A stretch of 63,932 bases of DNA, filler included, from Aduncisulcus paluster (taxonomy: Eukaryota): assembly GCA_024181965.1 (NCBI GenBank). It is 21 parts of 21 records of this genome, joined end to end, with 100 filler letters (N's around TTAATTAATTAA, not from the genome) between each part and the next. Parts side by side here need not be neighbours in the genome. Positions count along the whole stretch, not along the records: positions 61,510 to 62,648 come from BQXS01000255.1; positions 62,749 to 63,932 come from BQXS01000273.1; 19 more parts are not named here. The stretch is one strand, 5' to 3'. The first letter of the stretch is position 1, and each line of letters begins with the position of its first letter. The position numbers were made by a program, and so were the translations under genes. Under the pieces are notes generated by a model that ran no database searches, was not told the DNA's origin, and saw only the letters and a list, made by a program, of their open reading frames with translations. Of the stretch, positions 61,680 to 63,932 are shown piece by piece.

Positions 61680-61982
61680 ATGTTCATTCCAGATTCAATG
61701 TGCGGTTGCGCATCCGAAATCAAACTGAATAATCGCGATGCAAAGAGGGTTTCACTGTTTGACGTACAGTTTACCCCGAAAGCAATGATCCTTATCGGCA
61801 TAGGAATCAAAAAACTTGCCGCCAAACACGGCCTCCCTGAAGGAATCATCAAAGAGCATATGAAAGGAAACCTGTTTATAGCGCCACCGTCTAAGAATCT
61901 ATACTTTCTGTTCCACGTACCGGAACTTGACGCAGATATGCATATAACAATTCCGCCCTGCCATTTTGAATTATTAGGCTGA
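61680..61982 (+). CDS. Bacterial hypothetical protein
   Basis: Shine-Dalgarno GGAGG 6 nt upstream of the ATG; complete 100-codon ORF. Confidence 0.75.
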   Translation: MFIPDSMCGCASEIKLNNRDAKRVSLFDVQFTPKAMILIGIGIKKLAAKHGLPEGIIKEHMKGNLFIAPPSKNLYFLFHVPELDADMHITIPPCHFELLG

Positions 61983-62000
61983 CACTGGACACCACAATTT

Positions 62001-62100
62001 TCACGGGAGCTAATCTGGCCAGACTTTCCACTTGATCGTGTAGGGAAAGTCCGTCTCCGGCACCTGCTCCGGCCTGCAGGTGAACAGATTACTCCCGTGA
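62001..62100. ncRNA. Candidate structured RNA (three-way junction), family not recognised
   Basis: Closing stem TCACGGGAG(C)TAATCTG/CAGATTACTCCCGTGA, with inner stems GACTTTCC/GGAAAGTC and CACCTGC/GCAGGTG; GC-rich island filling the intergenic space. Confidence 0.6.
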
Positions 62101-62135
62101 TTTTATAACAAGCTATGGGGAGAATGGAGAAAATA

Positions 62136-62648
62136 ATGAATCAGTCAAGTAATCAGGTTATTATCTATACAGATAATCCTGAAACATACGCAAATACGAA
62201 CCTATCGAAGTTCATAAATATGGAGTTCTGCTCCTGCCCGAATCAATTCTGCCATGCACTGCTGGGGAAGAACTATTCCGGTCTGGTGCTGGATGTCCGC
62301 AAAGTAATGCAAACGCCCTGCTGCGATAGAAACCGCATCCTAAGCGTTTCGTCCGGTATCCCGACAATCCGTACCCTTGAAAAATACAAACATGCAATAT
62401 TTCTTGACGATCACGAGAGTTTTCTCTGCAACTGCCTGAACCGTAAGCACTCAACAGCAGGTCCAGCCTGCCCAATCAATATTAACATTGAGACTGAGAT
62501 CAGTCTGGAAGACGATCCGGCAATGGCACAAAGCATTCATGGAACAATCCATCATCTTTCCGAAGAAGGGTGCTCATTCCATACAAATACGGATCTTAAA
62601 AACAACGACTTTATATACCTGAAAATATCATCTTTGAATAACAAACTG
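62136..62648 (+). CDS. Bacterial PilZ-domain-like protein, 3'-truncated
   Basis: GGAG upstream of ATG 62136; YSGLVLDV N-terminal domain then T.HHLSEEGCSF resembling the PilZ D/NxSxxG motif. The RxxxR motif appears degenerate. Confidence 0.6.
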
Positions 62649-62748
62649 NNNNNNNNNNNNNNNNNNNNNNNNNNNNNNNNNNNNNNNNNNNNTTAATTAA
62701 TTAANNNNNNNNNNNNNNNNNNNNNNNNNNNNNNNNNNNNNNNNNNNN

Positions 62749-63932
62749 AGCGCAAAATGCAATTTAACATTGAGTTCTGCAAGCAGATTTTTGTCAGTAG
62801 GAATTCAGAAACAGATCATTGCATTACCAAGGCCAATCGAACTGGCAGCATCGACCCTATATAAAGAAGCGTGTCAAACTTTTATTGATGAGAATGAAAA
62901 AATCATTAAACATTATTTAAGGGCTCCTTTTTCAATCATTCTTGATAAAAGTATAAGTCGGGGGAAATCGGTACTTGCAATATTATTACATGGTGAATTT
63001 GGAACATTAGCGGTTGGATACATTGATGTTGGCAATATTAAATCAGATTTATTTAAGAAAGCAATGAAAACCGAGATGTCAAGAAGTTACAGTTCACAAG
63101 TTGAGTATCGATCTTCCCATAGATATGAGATAGCAAGAAAGCAGTCTTTGGATCAAGACCATTTATCATTTAGTTATTTGTTGAATAATTTAGAATTTAC
63201 CATTGCATGCCGTCAGGATAAGGTCCACAAAATCTTACCAACTCCTTCAACTACAATTGCTTAAGAAATTCTCAGAGTTGTCAATTAATCAATATTCTAT
63301 ATCCGCTATCATATCCGATCGAGAACCACTGATGGTGAATGTTTGTGAGATTTTATGTAAAAGGGTTTGGGAAAAAATGGATACCTTGTTTGGCACATCT
63401 TTTAAATTCATTGATCCGAAATTATATAAATTATTATTTTGAAGAAATCCCCACATTTATCGATAATATGTCTCATGCTTTACGTAGATTTTCGGATGAA
63501 AACAGAGCACTCCTAGAATCGACCCATCTTCCACAAATCATATATTTCCCAATAAGATGGACAAGCCTATTAAGAGAATATTCAAAGGTATGTGCACACT
63601 GGGACACATATTTGCAATTACTTAAGAAACTAAAAACGCCTTCTCCAATTGTTGAACAAACGATAAAGTTTCTAGAGAATGAAGGCTACAAATCATTCAA
63701 AGATGTTTTTCAAAAAGAGTTGATACCCTTAGCAATAGACGCATTAGAGGCAGCCCAATACGACCGCCCAACATATGCTTCGTATATGACCATATCGACA
63801 TTTATCGGGAAAATTGAAAAGGAATGGTTGGGTTCCAAAATTCCAACAAGAGTGTATAGGGAGGCATTGGTGTATATACAAGACTCTTTACATATCTATT
63901 ATGCATCTATTGTGTTTCAATCACCTCGTTGT
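62749..63932 (+). mobile_element. Degraded hAT-like transposase (frameshifted)
   Basis: Across three frames: FSIILDKS, SAIISDREPLM, PIRWTSL and AQYDRPT, in the order of the hAT D, D, RW and LQ..PT motifs. Confidence 0.55.

Noticed and set aside
62004..62050. TPP riboswitch (GGGAG...GTAGGGAA)
   Set aside because: Lacks the CUGAGA and ACCUGAU...UAAU core, and there is no thiamine gene downstream.

Overview
This window is not one contiguous locus. It is 21 short contigs/scaffolds joined by 20 artificial 100-bp linkers (N44-TTAATTAATTAA-N44). Eight further 20-N gaps occur inside scaffolds, seven of them flanked by duplicated, unmerged overlaps. Almost all of it is a gene-dense, intron-poor eukaryotic genome using the standard code. 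The expanded LRR/Cys-rich and kinase families suggest a free-living fornicate metamonad such as Aduncisulcus (inference). Recognisable genes are alpha-COP, a Ubc4/5-type E2, the condensin kleisin CAP-H/Brn1 (with a GTATGT..AG intron), an HD hydrolase, mannose-1-phosphate guanylyltransferase, a bacterial-type DUF1015 protein, an inositol polyphosphate 5-phosphatase with large inserts, a protein kinase and three LRR/Cys-rich proteins. There are decayed CACTA/CMC-like and hAT-like transposases and a tRNA-like Pol III element. One contig (61510-62648) looks bacterial (Desulfovibrionaceae-like) and carries an unrecognised 100-nt three-way-junction RNA candidate upstream of a PilZ-like gene. The best leads are that RNA, the constant-cassette/variable-LRR layout of the giant LRR gene, a nested inverted-repeat cluster at 47.4-47.8 kb, and two candidate lateral transfers. 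No CRISPR array or rRNA was seen. All family calls are from motif recognition by eye, not database searches.
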